Of a stretch of DNA of 64,000 nucleotides, positions 36,080 through 46,904 are shown piece by piece (within the stretch, counting starts at the first letter, position 1; each line of letters opens with the position of its first letter). The notes beneath the pieces are model-generated. The model saw only the letters and a list, made by a program, of their open reading frames with translations, made no database searches and was not told where the DNA came from. The DNA is from Candidatus Latescibacterota bacterium (GTDB taxonomy: Bacteria > Latescibacterota > UBA2968 > UBA8231). The position numbers and the translations under genes were made by a program. Where the stretch lies: NCBI GenBank assembly GCA_965219385.1, contig CBDCNM010000001.1, positions 608,631 through 672,630 of the forward strand, written 5' to 3'.

Positions 36080-36514
36080 ATGACCGATAGGACGTATGCT
36101 CCCAAGGCCAAAGAGATCGCGCACCAGTGGTTTGTCGTGGATGCCAGCGACAAGATTCTGGGGCGCCTGGCCGGTGAGATCGCCCGGATTCTGAAGGGCA
36201 AACACAAGCCCATGTACGCTCCTTATGCCGATGTCGGAGATTACGTAATTGTGATCAATGCGGACAAACTCAAAGTTACGGGCCGCAAAGCCGAACAAAA
36301 AATCTATTACAGGCACACCGGCTATCCGGGAGGGATTCGCTCCGCCCCCTACAGCAAACTCATGGCCGAGCACCCCGAACGAATCCTGCGCAAAGCTGTA
36401 TGGGGCATGCTGCCGCACAATACCCTGGGGCGCAAAATGTTCAAAAAGCTACGGGTATACGCCGGTGATGAGCATCGGCATGAAGCCCAGAAGCCTGTGG
36501 TTTTAGATATCTAG
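36080..36514 (+). CDS. rplM: 50S ribosomal protein L13
   Basis: WFVVDA...LGRLA...GKHKP...HTGYPGG...GMLP. Confidence 0.98.
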   Translation: MTDRTYAPKAKEIAHQWFVVDASDKILGRLAGEIARILKGKHKPMYAPYADVGDYVIVINADKLKVTGRKAEQKIYYRHTGYPGGIRSAPYSKLMAEHPERILRKAVWGMLPHNTLGRKMFKKLRVYAGDEHRHEAQKPVVLDI

Positions 36515-36549
36515 CTTTATCGCAATCGCACGGAAGGTGTTGAGCACAT

Positions 36550-36942
36550 ATGCCTGAGGGAACTTACGAAGCAACGGGCCGGAGAAAAACTTCGGTCGCC
36601 CGGGTCCGTTTGCACCCTGGTTCGGGAAAGGTGTACATGAACGGGCGCGACATGGCCGATCACCTGCGGCGCGCCTCTCTGGAGTTGATCCTGATGCAAC
36701 CACTGCAGGTGACCGAAGCCCAGCAACACTTCGATATTCACATCTCCTGTAAAGGAGGTGGATTGCGAGGTCAGGCGGGTGCGGCCAGTCTGGGCATTGC
36801 CCGGGCCCTCATCAAATTCGATCCAGGTATGCGGCCGGTTTTGAAAAAAGCCGGATTTTTGACCCGTGATCCACGCGAAAAAGAGCGCAAAAAATACGGC
36901 CTGGCCGGGGCCCGCAAACGCTTTCAGTTTTCCAAACGTTGA
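36550..36942 (+). CDS. rpsI: 30S ribosomal protein S9
   Basis: TGRRKTSVARV...ERKKYGLAGARKRFQFSKR. Confidence 0.98.
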   Translation: MPEGTYEATGRRKTSVARVRLHPGSGKVYMNGRDMADHLRRASLELILMQPLQVTEAQQHFDIHISCKGGGLRGQAGAASLGIARALIKFDPGMRPVLKKAGFLTRDPREKERKKYGLAGARKRFQFSKR

Positions 36943-36969
36943 TCTTTTTTAATTAGTATCTGTACCCCA

Positions 36970-37060
36970 ATCACGCACGCCTTTCGATGGGCACAGGAGT
37001 GTTCCCGCGGGCGATCCCCGCGGGAATTCTGTGTGTAGACGAGAAAGGCGAAGGAAAAAC
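36970..37060 (+). ncRNA. rpsB leader (t44-like) structured RNA
   Basis: Nested stems CGCCTTTC/GAAAGGCG, GCACAGGA/TTCTGTGT, TTCCCGCGGG/CCCGCGGGAA directly upstream of rpsB. Confidence 0.6.
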
Positions 37061-37080
37061 TCACGAGAAGGAGCAGGCAA

Positions 37081-37875
37081 ATGGCCGAAGTTTCCATACG
37101 CGAGCTTCTGGAGGCAGGGACCCATTTCGGGCACCAGACCCGGAGGTGGAATCCCAAGATGAAAGGGTATATCTTTACGGAGCGCAACGGTATACACATC
37201 ATCGATCTACAGAAGACCATCAAGAAGATCGAAGAGGCCTGCCAGGCAGTGCACCGGACTGCACAGGCGGGGAAACCCATTCTCTTCGTAGGCACCAAAA
37301 AACAAGCGGCGGATATCATCGATCAGGAATCCGAACGCTGCGAGATGTTCCACGTTACCGAGCGCTGGCTGGGCGGGATGTTGACCAACTGGCAGACCAT
37401 CCGCATGAATATACGCCACCTCGACCATCTCGATCGCATTTCCACCGATGGTACGTATGAGAAATTAAAGAAAAAAGAGGTTCTTTTGCTGGAAAAAGAG
37501 CGCCTCCGAATGGGTAAGACCCTCTCGGGTATCCGCAAGATGGGAGGGCTCCCCGGGCTCGTCTTCATCATTGACGTCAAGAAGGAGCACACCGCTGTCC
37601 GCGAAGCAAAAAAGCTCGAAATTCCCTCTGTCGCCATCATCGATACTAATTGCGATCCCGATGAGGTTACCTATGCGATTCCCGGGAACGATGATGCGAT
37701 CCGTTCGATCAAGTTGATCACCCACTTGATAGCTGAAGCCACAATAGAAGGCAGAGCGGCTGCGAAAGAGGACGACGAAAAAAGGGAAGATGACCGGGAA
37801 GAAACCAGGGCTGAGGATGTGGCTGGTGAGGAAAGCGAGAAACTTGAGACAACACTGGAATCCGACGCCAATTGA
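37081..37875 (+). CDS. rpsB: 30S ribosomal protein S2
   Basis: EAGTHFGHQTRRWNPKM, RWLGGMLTN, IPGNDD. Confidence 0.98.
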   Translation: MAEVSIRELLEAGTHFGHQTRRWNPKMKGYIFTERNGIHIIDLQKTIKKIEEACQAVHRTAQAGKPILFVGTKKQAADIIDQESERCEMFHVTERWLGGMLTNWQTIRMNIRHLDHLDRISTDGTYEKLKKKEVLLLEKERLRMGKTLSGIRKMGGLPGLVFIIDVKKEHTAVREAKKLEIPSVAIIDTNCDPDEVTYAIPGNDDAIRSIKLITHLIAEATIEGRAAAKEDDEKREDDREETRAEDVAGEESEKLETTLESDAN

Positions 37876-37908
37876 GGGGGTACTCGTCAGACAAGAGTAG
37901 AAGGGGTT

Positions 37909-38511
37909 ATGGCTGAAATATCGGCGAAACTAGTAATGGAACTCCGGGGAAAAACCGGGCTTGGCATGATGGATTGCAAGAAGGCCCTGCAGGAGACTGG
38001 AGGAGACCTCGAAGAAGCGGTAGACTACCTGCGCAAGCAGGGTATGGCGGCCGTTGAAAAACGAGCCGGGCGCGAAGCTAGTGAAGGCCTTATTGCTTCC
38101 TACGTCCACCCGGGGGATCGCCTGGGAGTTCTGGTAGAAGTCAATTGCGAGACGGATTTTGTCGCTCGCACCGATGATTTTCAACAATTTGCCAAAGATG
38201 TGGCCATGCACATCGCCGCGTCCCGACCGCTGGCTGTTGATCGGGAAGATCTGGATCCCGAAACCACTGAGAAAGAACGATCTATCTACCTGGAACAGGC
38301 CAAGAACGAGGGGAAACCAGAGCACATCGCCGAGAAGATGGTCACGGGACGGTTGGAGAAATACTACCAGGAGGTTTGCCTCCTCGAGCAACCCTTCGTA
38401 AAGAATCCGGACCAGACGGTCAAGGACCTGGTAATCGAGTTGACCGCCAAGGTGGGCGAGAGGGTCACTATTCGTCGTTTCGCCTGTTTTCGCCTGGGAG
38501 AAGAAGATTAG
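37909..38511 (+). CDS. tsf: Elongation factor Ts (short form)
   Basis: TGLGMMDCKKAL, EVNCETDFVA, LLEQPFVK. Confidence 0.97.
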   Translation: MAEISAKLVMELRGKTGLGMMDCKKALQETGGDLEEAVDYLRKQGMAAVEKRAGREASEGLIASYVHPGDRLGVLVEVNCETDFVARTDDFQQFAKDVAMHIAASRPLAVDREDLDPETTEKERSIYLEQAKNEGKPEHIAEKMVTGRLEKYYQEVCLLEQPFVKNPDQTVKDLVIELTAKVGERVTIRRFACFRLGEED

Positions 38512-38670
38512 TATCTCGCAACACCTTGCCCCCACCGGCCTTGGCGTAAGGGCGGTGGGGGGCTGCCAGCGAGCGCAGCAGTAGGGGGGCCTCTACGTTG
38601 ATTGCGCTCGTGCTCGGGGCCCGCCGGGACCGGGAATTGTAAAACAGTCTCTCAGCAGGACGGCATTGCT

Positions 38671-39231
38671 ATGTTGGACGAAATTTTCCAAGATGTGCGC
38701 GAACAAATGGAGAAAGTGGTGGAGGCGTTGCGCCGTGATCTGGCTACCATTCGCACCGGACGGGCTTCAACCGCCATGCTGGATGGGATTCGCATCGATT
38801 ACTACGGCACTTCCACTCCCTTGAATCAGCTGTCAACCCTCAGTGTTCCCGAACCTCGCTTGATCATGATTAAACCCTGGGAGCAGAATGTGATCCCGGA
38901 CATAGAGAAGGCGATTCGGGCCGATGCCGCTCTCGGGCTCAATCCGTCGAACGACGGCACAGTCATTCGCATTCCCATCCCGGAATTGACAGAGGAACGG
39001 CGCAGGGATATCACCAAGGTGGCCCGTCAGCGGGCAGAGGAGGGGCGGGTCGCGGTGCGCCATGCCCGCAGAGAGGGCATGGACTTGCTGCAGCAAGCCC
39101 AGAAAGAAGGCGAAATCCCCGAGGATGACGCGCGCCATGGGCAGGGGACGATTCAGAAAATGACCGATGAGTTCATCGAGCAGGTCGACCAGGTGCTGGC
39201 GAATAAAGAACAGGAGATTATGGAGATCTGA
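38671..39231 (+). CDS. frr: Ribosome recycling factor
   Basis: IRTGRA, YYGTSTPL, LGLNPSNDG, PELTEERR; ATG at 38671. Confidence 0.97.
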   Translation: MLDEIFQDVREQMEKVVEALRRDLATIRTGRASTAMLDGIRIDYYGTSTPLNQLSTLSVPEPRLIMIKPWEQNVIPDIEKAIRADAALGLNPSNDGTVIRIPIPELTEERRRDITKVARQRAEEGRVAVRHARREGMDLLQQAQKEGEIPEDDARHGQGTIQKMTDEFIEQVDQVLANKEQEIMEI

Positions 39232-39367
39232 TGAGATCCCCTGATCTTTGCGGCGGTTTATCTAGGCTGGATCAGGCGAAACAAGAAAGGGGAAACAGGG
39301 TAGAGTTGGATGAAGTTATCAATTTCTGAGCAAACACCTCAGGATCTGAATGCCAGCAATGGACAAG

Positions 39368-39400
39368 AGAAGGGTTTTACGACTCTTCTTTTTGTTTTTT
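39368..39400 (+). terminator. Probable Rho-independent terminator after frr
   Basis: AGAAGGGT/ACTCTTCT stem followed by a long T-rich tract. Confidence 0.5.
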
Positions 39401-39416
39401 TGGCGGATGTGGAAAG

Positions 39417-40283
39417 ATGATCTTTCAACTCCTGCTGGCCATGCGTCCCAGGCAGTGGATCAAAACCCTTTTTCTCCTGCCGGCGCTCATCTTTTCCAAA
39501 CACATTTTGGACTGGGATTACGTTGCCTATAGCATGGGGGGGGTGGTGTGTTTCTGGATGATGAGCAGCGCGGTGTACCTGTTCAACGATGTTTTCGACC
39601 TCGAACGAGACCGGATCCATCCCAGTAAATCCAAACGGCCGATCGCCGCTGGAAAGGTGCCCATTTCAGTAGCGCTGGCAACCGCTGGTGGATTGCTTGT
39701 CGCAGGGTTTGGGGGGGCCTTTGCGTTGCGTCCTCAATTCGGCTTTGTGGTGTTGATTTACGCCCTGATAAACCTGGCCTATTCCTTCAAATTGAAGCAC
39801 GTGGTGCTGATTGACGTATTGATCGTGGCTTCCGGGTTTCTCCTGCGGGCCCTGGCGGGAGCGGTGGTTATTGAGGTGGTGATCTCCACCTGGTTTATCC
39901 TGTGTGCTTTCATGTTGGCCCTGTTTCTGACGGTGGTAAAACGCCGTCAAGAACGAGTAGTACTGGAGGGAATCGCAGGAGAGCATCGGGAAATCCTCCC
40001 AGAGTACAGCCTGCCTTTTCTGGATCAAGTCATTTCGGTATTGACCTCCGCCACGCTGGTCTGTTACGCGCTGTACGCCATGGGGGTGGGGGAAGACACC
40101 CAACGCCACATGCAGTGGACTATTCCCTTTGTCCTCTATGGAATGTTGCGCTATCTGTTCATAGTCTATCGATTGGGGGACGGAGAGAATCCAACCGCTG
40201 TGGTCTGGCAAGATCGTCCTTTGCAGGTCGCCCTGATTTTGTGGCTGGTCGCCAGTGTGCTAGGGCTGTATATCCTTCCTTAA
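39417..40283 (+). CDS. UbiA-family prenyltransferase (decaprenyl-phosphate phosphoribosyltransferase-like)
   Basis: RPRQWIK, YLFNDVFD, HPSKSKRPIAAG, YSFKLK, KRRQE; multiple TM helices. Confidence 0.88.
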   Translation: MIFQLLLAMRPRQWIKTLFLLPALIFSKHILDWDYVAYSMGGVVCFWMMSSAVYLFNDVFDLERDRIHPSKSKRPIAAGKVPISVALATAGGLLVAGFGGAFALRPQFGFVVLIYALINLAYSFKLKHVVLIDVLIVASGFLLRALAGAVVIEVVISTWFILCAFMLALFLTVVKRRQERVVLEGIAGEHREILPEYSLPFLDQVISVLTSATLVCYALYAMGVGEDTQRHMQWTIPFVLYGMLRYLFIVYRLGDGENPTAVVWQDRPLQVALILWLVASVLGLYILP

Positions 40284-40311
40284 GAAGCGATCCAGTCCCC
40301 TGGTACGAGGA

Positions 40312-40387
40312 TGGTGGAGCAGAGCGGGATCGAACCGCCGACCTCAGGCTTGCAAAGCCCGCGCTCTCCCAACTGAGCTACTGCCCC
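40312..40387 (-). tRNA. tRNA-Ala(TGC)
   Basis: 76 nt GGGGCAGTAGCTCAGTTGGGAGAGCG...TTTGCAA...GGTTCGATCCC...CTGCTCCACCA; G3:U70 pair, encoded CCA. Confidence 0.97.
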
Positions 40388-40584
40388 AACTAATCTTGCC
40401 CGGCTTCAGTTGTTCCGCGACTGACTTAAATTTTAAAAATAGGTACAATGCTCGAACCCGTCAACAAGCCCTAGCTAGATGAAAATTGACTGGTTCGCAA
40501 CCACATAGGTGTTTGAATGGGGCCTGGACGTTCCTCTGACAGGGACGGCGGGGAGGCAGCCCGGTGCCCCTCGCCAAGCGTAGC

Positions 40585-40995
40585 TCAGTTTGCTTCCAGT
40601 TCTATGTCTTCTTCGCTGGCTTCATCCAGGACCGTGGCTGTCTTGTCCTGGTTTTTTTCCAGGAGCTGGAGGCTGCGGACCTGGATCTCGACCAGGGAGT
40701 GAGGGTTTTCCTCCTCGTCTCTCCAGCTGTGGCTGCGAAGCCGTCCGGCCACAAAAACCGCGGTTCCTTTATGAAGTCTTTCGCGGGCGAATTCGGCCAG
40801 TTTGTGCCAGATGATGATGTTGAAGAACGAGGATTCTTCCTGCCACTCGCCATTGCGGTCCCGATAGGGGCGATTGACGGCGAGCCGGGCCGCGAGCCGG
40901 GCAACCCCGTTATCCACAAAGCGGAACTCTGGATCTTGAACCAGACGGCCGCTGAGGGCAACCTGATTGATGGCGGGCATTTTCAATTCGGACAT
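40585..40995 (-). CDS. ssb: Single-stranded DNA-binding protein (short paralog)
   Basis: NQVALSGRLVQDPEFR, LAVNR, WHKLAE, KGTAVFVAGRL; short acidic tail. Confidence 0.9.
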   Translation of the reverse strand: MSELKMPAINQVALSGRLVQDPEFRFVDNGVARLAARLAVNRPYRDRNGEWQEESSFFNIIIWHKLAEFARERLHKGTAVFVAGRLRSHSWRDEEENPHSLVEIQVRSLQLLEKNQDKTATVLDEASEEDIELEAN

Positions 40996-41071
40996 GGCAA
41001 AACCTCCGTGCGTGAGGGTGGAAGGGTATCCCGGTTCGACCAAGTTTGCCAACCGGGGCTGTCCAACGGTT

Positions 41072-41087
41072 AGCAGGATCTATGCCA
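41072..41087 (-). promoter_or_regulatory. Putative sigma54 (-24/-12) promoter of ssb
   Basis: Minus strand TGGCATAGATCCTGCT (GG-N10-GC), with an AT-rich tract just upstream. Confidence 0.55.
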
Positions 41088-41187
41088 CGGCCATGGTTTA
41101 TTTTATAAATGATTGTTTTATTTTGATCTATGCCTTTTAGGGGCGATTGCTTTCGGGAGCCCTGAGTGGGAATAATAAGAGTCAGTA

Positions 41188-42759
41188 ATGGGTAGGTTGC
41201 GAAACACAGTGGAAAGCGATCAGGGCGACCCGGGGTTGGCTCAGTACTTTACCCCTGCCCCGGTAGCCGAGTTTATGTGGAAGGTGGTTCAGCTTTATGC
41301 AGATGGCGCGCTTGGCCCTGGGGCGAGAATCATCGATCCTGCTGCGGGGAGGGGAGATATCCTGGATGCGGTCCTGGCACAGAGAAGTGTATCCGCCGGG
41401 GGGGTCTACGGCATTGAGGTCGATCCAAGTCTGGCCGACCAGCGGGTCGGCCAGACCAACAAGGCCCGTTTTTACACAGGGGACGGTTTGCTGGATAGGT
41501 TTCCAGGCGTAATACCCGGTAGCTTCGAAGTGGTCATCGGCAATCCCCCCTTCGGTCGCCTGGGCAAAATCCTGCCCTACAAAGCAGGAGAAGACCGGTG
41601 GAATAGCTTCGAAATATGGCGGGCCGGCGCCAAGAACAAATCGGGCCTATCGAGTGGGCAGGAGGGTCGGAGCATTGCCATTGATCAGCTCTTCATAGAA
41701 CGGGCCCTGAGCCTAGTCAGGCCCGAGGGTTTGATTGCCCTTATTTTGCCCGAGGGATTTTTTGCCAATCAGCGGCTGCAGGCAGCCCGCGATTGGGTGC
41801 TGGAACGGGCGGCGGTGCTGGGAGTGGTCGCCCTTCCTGAGAACGCGTTTTGCCGACCAGGATTGCACGCCAGGACATCCACGGTTTTTCTCCGCAAGAT
41901 CTCCGCTGGCAAGAGGGGGCATGATTCCGTCGTGCTGGATGGCGATACAGGAGAAAGCAGCGGAATGTCCCTGCAAAGCTTCCTGGCGAAGACCCTGGAA
42001 AATCTGCGCCGGGCCCATCGGGGCGGGGAAGGCACATCCTGCATCCGCGTACCGGCCCGCCAGTTAAAGGGGGAGCGCTGGGATGTGAGATTCTGGCAGG
42101 GCAGGAAGCGGGTCCTCAGGCTTGATCCAAGGCTCCCGCTCGTGCGCCTGGGCGATTATATAGAGCACTTGACCTATGGACCTATTGTAACAGGGGGCCA
42201 CCCCCAGCATGTAGAGGACGGAATCCAGGTCATCCGCCAGGGAGATTTTGCCGAGACCGGTCTGTACCTGAAACAGGCTCTAAGCGTATCTGAGAACAGT
42301 GTGTACGATCCTTCGCGCAGCAGGGTGCGCAAGGGGGATCTGTTGCTGCCGCGCTCTGGGGCAGGAGTCCTGGGCAAGAATCGTCTGGCGGTTTACACCG
42401 GTGAAAAGCCAGCAAATATCGGATGTTTCGTGGATCTGATCCGGCTGCGAGGGCTCAATGCCTTCTACGCCTGGTTTTTTTTAAAAACCCAGCCGGGCTG
42501 GAATCAGATCCGCTCTATTATCAACGGAGTTGGCACGCCCAATATCAACTTTTCAGAAATCCGTTCTCTGCGCCTCCCTCCCATCCCTCCAGAGGAACAA
42601 AAGCATCTTGAGATTCGCTATCTCAAAGAAGTCTGGCCCTTGCATTGTCGCAGGGAAGAGAGCCCTGGAATCCGCTTTCGTGCCGGGGAGTGCTTCAGGT
42701 GTATCGTGCACGATCTGGAGCGGTTTCTAGAGGGTGGGGACCGATCCCTGGGACGATAA
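41188..42759 (+). CDS. N6-adenine DNA methyltransferase with fused type-I-like target recognition domain
   Basis: QYFTP, DPAAGRG (motif I), GNPPF (motif IV), LILPEG; C-terminal LGDYI...RVRKGDLLL...[20 protein letters not shown]. Confidence 0.82.
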   Translation: MGRLRNTVESDQGDPGLAQYFTPAPVAEFMWKVVQLYADGALGPGARIIDPAAGRGDILDAVLAQRSVSAGGVYGIEVDPSLADQRVGQTNKARFYTGDGLLDRFPGVIPGSFEVVIGNPPFGRLGKILPYKAGEDRWNSFEIWRAGAKNKSGLSSGQEGRSIAIDQLFIERALSLVRPEGLIALILPEGFFANQRLQAARDWVLERAAVLGVVALPENAFCRPGLHARTSTVFLRKISAGKRGHDSVVLDGDTGESSGMSLQSFLAKTLENLRRAHRGGEGTSCIRVPARQLKGERWDVRFWQGRKRVLRLDPRLPLVRLGDYIEHLTYGPIVTGGHPQHVEDGIQVIRQGDFAETGLYLKQALSVSENSVYDPSRSRVRKGDLLLPRSGAGVLGKNRLAVYTGEKPANIGCFVDLIRLRGLNAFYAWFFLKTQPGWNQIRSIINGVGTPNINFSEIRSLRLPPIPPEEQKHLEIRYLKEVWPLHCRREESPGIRFRAGECFRCIVHDLERFLEGGDRSLGR

Positions 42760-42856
42760 CTGCTTGTCTATAATCGAATCCCTATGTACATTTCATAGTA
42801 AGTTTTTTCAGGATATACATTTAGAAGACTTTTTAGAGTCTTACAGGCCACTGCTC

Positions 42857-44956
42857 ATGCGTGCCAAGTACACCAATCGCCTGCTGGAGGAGACCAGCCC
42901 CTACCTGAAACAACACGCCCACAACCCGGTGGATTGGTACCCATGGGGCCGTGAGGCACTCGAACGGGCGCGCGCAGAAGACCGGCCCATCCTGCTTTCC
43001 GTCGGATACTCGGCATGCCACTGGTGCCACGTGATGGAACACGAGTCTTTCGAAAACGAAGAGATTGCCCGGATCATGAACCAGTACTTCGTCAACATAA
43101 AGGTGGACCGGGAGGAGCGTCCGGATCTGGATGAAATCTACATGGGAGCGGTGCAGGCCATGACGGGCAGCGGCGGCTGGCCCATGACGGTGTTTCTGGC
43201 TCCGGACCTACGGCCTTTTTACGGCGGGACCTACTTTCCTCCGGAAGACCGGTTCGGACGGCCTGGTTTCCCCAGGGTACTGCAGGCTGTAGCCGAGCAC
43301 TACCACAACAACCGCGATACCATTGAAGAAAATGCCACCCGATTGACCGAGGCTCTGGAGCAGAATGCGAATTTGCTGGTGCCGCAGGTCCAGATCGAAG
43401 AGGATGTGCTGGAGAAGGCTTTTCGGCGCTTCAGCGACAGCTTTGATCGAACCTGCGGGGGCTTTGGCGGTGCCCCGAAGTTTCCCGCGAGCATGAGTCT
43501 GGCCCTGTTGTTGAGATACCATCGCCAAAGTGGCAGTCCCGACGCCCTCGACATGGTCGAACACACCTTGAAAAGGATGGCTAACGGAGGGCTGTACGAT
43601 CACCTGGGAGGAGGGTTTCACCGCTATTCGGTAGACGAACGCTGGCTGGTCCCTCACTTTGAAAAGATGCTCTACGACAACGCGCTGCTCTCCTGGGTGT
43701 ACCTCGAGGCCTTCCAGGTGACGGGAGACGCTTTTTACCGACGGGTGGTAGAGGAAACCCTGGATTATGTCTGCCGCGAAATGACCCAGCCCGAAGGGGG
43801 GTTTTACGCCACCCAGGATGCCGACAGCGAAGGGGAAGAAGGCAAGTTTTTCGTCTGGCTGCCCGAGGAGATCGAAGAGGTGCTGGACGAGGAAGAGGCC
43901 CGGCTTTTCATGCGCTACTACAATGTGCTCCCTGAGGGCAACTTCGAACACGGGACCAGCATCCTGCACGTGGACGCCACAGTCCCCGAATTGAGCCGTT
44001 TTATCGGGGTGGAGGAGGAGGCGATGCAACGCGCCATAGACAAGGGCAGGGAGCGGCTCTTTGCCATGCGGCAGCGGCGGATCCCCCCAGGGCGGGATGA
44101 GAAGATACTGGTTTCCTGGAATGGATTGATGATCAGCGCCATGGCCCGGGCCTATCAGGTACTGGGCGTGGAGGCTTATCTGCAGGCAGCACAGGGTGCG
44201 GCGGATTTTATCCTCGATCACATGCTCGAAGAGGGTGAATTGCTGCATACCTACAAGGATGGCAGGGCCCATCTGGAAGCCTACCAGGACGATTACGCCT
44301 GTTTCATCAACGGTCTGCTCGATCTTTACGAAGCCAGTTTCGACCCTTGCTGGCTCCGGTTCGCGCGGGAAATGAATCGGGTGATGGTCGAGCGGTTCTG
44401 GGACGGGGATAAGGGAGGTTTTTTTTATACTGGAGAGGGGAGCGAGGATCTGATTGTGCGGACCAAAAACCCCTTTGACAATGCGACTCCATCTGGAAAC
44501 TCTCTGGGAACCTTGGCGCTGCTGCGACTGGCTGCTCTGGGTGGGGATATGGGCCTGCTGGAGAAGGGAGAGCAGACTTTGAAATTGTTTGGCGATTTGA
44601 TGAGCCGCGCTCCTTCCAGTTGTGCCCAGATGCTGTGTGCGCTCGATTTCTATCAGGGACCGCCTTACCAGGTCGCCATCGTCGGGGGACCACAGGAGCG
44701 CAAGGTTTTTCTGGAAACCCTGCACGGAAGGTTTTTGCCCAACAAGGTCCTGGTGGTGGGGAATCCGTCGGACTACCCGGAGGATCTGGTTGATTACCTG
44801 CCGTTGCTGGAGGGAAAGCTGCACGGAGATGCAGAGCAGGTCAGGATTTACGTGTGCCGCAACTCGGTCTGCTCTCAACCCGTAGGCACAACCGAAGAAC
44901 TGACCAGTCTACTCGAATCCCCACAGCCTGGTGATATATCTGAATGGAGGTCTTGA
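42857..44956 (+). CDS. YyaL/SSP411-like thioredoxin-domain protein (DUF255)
   Basis: [54 protein letters not shown]. Confidence 0.92.
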   Translation: MRAKYTNRLLEETSPYLKQHAHNPVDWYPWGREALERARAEDRPILLSVGYSACHWCHVMEHESFENEEIARIMNQYFVNIKVDREERPDLDEIYMGAVQAMTGSGGWPMTVFLAPDLRPFYGGTYFPPEDRFGRPGFPRVLQAVAEHYHNNRDTIEENATRLTEALEQNANLLVPQVQIEEDVLEKAFRRFSDSFDRTCGGFGGAPKFPASMSLALLLRYHRQSGSPDALDMVEHTLKRMANGGLYDHLGGGFHRYSVDERWLVPHFEKMLYDNALLSWVYLEAFQVTGDAFYRRVVEETLDYVCREMTQPEGGFYATQDADSEGEEGKFFVWLPEEIEEVLDEEEARLFMRYYNVLPEGNFEHGTSILHVDATVPELSRFIGVEEEAMQRAIDKGRERLFAMRQRRIPPGRDEKILVSWNGLMISAMARAYQVLGVEAYLQAAQGAADFILDHMLEEGELLHTYKDGRAHLEAYQDDYACFINGLLDLYEASFDPCWLRFAREMNRVMVERFWDGDKGGFFYTGEGSEDLIVRTKNPFDNATPSGNSLGTLALLRLAALGGDMGLLEKGEQTLKLFGDLMSRAPSSCAQMLCALDFYQGPPYQVAIVGGPQERKVFLETLHGRFLPNKVLVVGNPSDYPEDLVDYLPLLEGKLHGDAEQVRIYVCRNSVCSQPVGTTEELTSLLESPQPGDISEWRS

Positions 44957-44991
44957 GATCCCCCCTTTCTTTGTATCAGGATCTGAACGGA

Positions 44992-45951
44992 ATGGATAAA
45001 CGTGCGCTATGGCCGAGCCTTGTCACTGGTACATTGCTCGCTGGCGGCTGTGCGCCCCCGGTAGTCCCGGCGATGCAGGAGCTACCAAAACAAATAACGG
45101 TGGCCGATACAGCCTTCGACCCGGATCGACTGGGCGTCACGCCGCATCTACAGTCCTATACAGAGAAACGCGGCTTTCCCGAGTACGTGCTTGGTCCCGG
45201 GGACCTGCTGGGGATCACCTTGCGAGAGGTGGAGTTGACCACCGAGCTGGTAGCCGTGCGTCCCGACAGCAATATCTCGTTCAACCTGGTGGAAAATACC
45301 CGGGCTGGCGGCCTTACGCTAAGGGAACTGGACAAAGCTCTCACCAGGGAAGTGGCCCTTTTCCTGAAAGAGCCCAAGATCGATATCCAGATCGCGGAAT
45401 ACAACAGCAAGAAGGTTTCGCTCCTGGGGGCCGTGCAGAGCATTCCCATGGCAGAGCAGCAAACCGGACAGGGGCAGTACCCGCTCAAGGGCAAGTCCAG
45501 GGTGCTGGATATGATTCTCATGGCCGGTGGCACCACCCAGGATGCCCAGTTGAATAAGGTGCAGTTGAACCGCGGCGGCCGATCTTATACCCTGAACCTG
45601 CAGCGCAGCCTGTCCACCGGCGACCAGAGCCACAACGTGATTCTCCAGGGGGATGATATTATCGTCGTCCCCGGGGCGAGCCAGCTCAACAAAAAGGTGA
45701 TCGTCCTCGGCCAGGTCAGGTCCCCCGATGTGTACCTGTTTCCCGAAGATGCCAGTTTGATGGATGCGATCAGCAAGGCACAGGGGGTGTTGCCTACGGC
45801 CCTCACAGAAGATATCCGGGTGATTCGGAATACCAGCGAAGGACCGAAGATGTTTTCCGTGGACTTCAATCGGATCACCACGGACCTGGATCTGCGGCAG
45901 AACATACCCCTTAACAACAACGATATCGTCTTTGTCCCGAAGAAAGATTAG
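44992..45951 (+). CDS. Polysaccharide export lipoprotein (Wza-like, Poly_export plus SLBB domains)
   Basis: LAGGC lipobox; YVLGPGDLL, VRPD, LQGDDIIVVP, GQVRSP. Confidence 0.82.
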   Translation: MDKRALWPSLVTGTLLAGGCAPPVVPAMQELPKQITVADTAFDPDRLGVTPHLQSYTEKRGFPEYVLGPGDLLGITLREVELTTELVAVRPDSNISFNLVENTRAGGLTLRELDKALTREVALFLKEPKIDIQIAEYNSKKVSLLGAVQSIPMAEQQTGQGQYPLKGKSRVLDMILMAGGTTQDAQLNKVQLNRGGRSYTLNLQRSLSTGDQSHNVILQGDDIIVVPGASQLNKKVIVLGQVRSPDVYLFPEDASLMDAISKAQGVLPTALTEDIRVIRNTSEGPKMFSVDFNRITTDLDLRQNIPLNNNDIVFVPKKD

Positions 45952-45953
45952 GA

Positions 45954-46904
45954 ATGGCCGGGCTTATAGCAGTCGACAGCATTCTGGATACAATAGGGCA
46001 TACTCCGCTGATCCGCTTGCAGCGGATCCGGCCCGATAGCGGCAGTGAAATCTATGGAAAACTGGAAGCCCAGAATCCCGCCGGCAGCGTCAAAGACCGC
46101 ATTGGCGTGAGCATGATCCGAGCGGCGGAGCGCAGCGGGGTGCTCAGAGAGGGAATGAGCATCGTGGAGCCCACCAGCGGCAATACCGGGATCGCCTTGG
46201 CCATGGCCGCCGCTGCCCTGGGATACCGTCTGATCCTGACCATGCCGGAAAGCATGAGCATTGAACGCCGCTCGGTGATGGCCAGCTACGGCGCTGAAAT
46301 CGTGCTCACCCCCAGCCGTGAAGACATGGCGGGGGCCATTCGCAAAGCCGAAGAATTAAAGGCTCGGAATCCCGAGAATATCTTCATGCCTCAGCAATTC
46401 CTCAATCCGGCCAATCCGCAAATTCACCGCGAAACCACAGCCAGAGAGATCCTGGAGGCCATAGGAGGCGAACTGGATGCCTTTGTCGCCGGTGTGGGGA
46501 CGGGCGGGACCATCACCGGAGTGGGAAGCATTCTAAAGGCAGAATTGCCGACCATCCACATTGTGGCGGTGGAGCCGGCGCGCTCACCTGTGCTATCCGG
46601 CGGCCGACCAGGGCTGCATGGCATCCAGGGAATCGGTGCAGGTTTCGTGCCTGAGGTGCTGGAGCGGAGCCTCGTTGATGAGGTAATCGCCGTAGGAGAT
46701 GAAGAGGCCTTCCACTATACCCGAAGATTGACGCGGGAGGAGGGGTTACTGGTCGGGCCTTCATCGGGAGCAAATGTGGCCGCAACGCTGCGGGTGGCCG
46801 GGGAAATCGGGCCGGGAAAACGTCTGGTCACGATCCTTTGCGACACCGGTTTCAGGTATTTCAGCGTGGACGGATTTATGGCCGAGTCCGGTTCATCTCA
46901 CTAG
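45954..46904 (+). CDS. cysK: Cysteine synthase A
   Basis: NPAGSVKDR, EPTSGNTG, GTGGT, HGIQGIGAGF. Confidence 0.95.
   Translation: MAGLIAVDSILDTIGHTPLIRLQRIRPDSGSEIYGKLEAQNPAGSVKDRIGVSMIRAAERSGVLREGMSIVEPTSGNTGIALAMAAAALGYRLILTMPESMSIERRSVMASYGAEIVLTPSREDMAGAIRKAEELKARNPENIFMPQQFLNPANPQIHRETTAREILEAIGGELDAFVAGVGTGGTITGVGSILKAELPTIHIVAVEPARSPVLSGGRPGLHGIQGIGAGFVPEVLERSLVDEVIAVGDEEAFHYTRRLTREEGLLVGPSSGANVAATLRVAGEIGPGKRLVTILCDTGFRYFSVDGFMAESGSSH

Noticed and set aside
37909..38511. 200-aa EF-Ts as a truncation
   Set aside because: Short-form EF-Ts is normal in many phyla, and the motifs and C-terminus look complete.
40576..40592. tRNA-like fragment GTAGCTCAGTT
   Set aside because: An 11-nt match overlapping the ssb stop codon; no cloverleaf and not a tRNA 3' att duplication.
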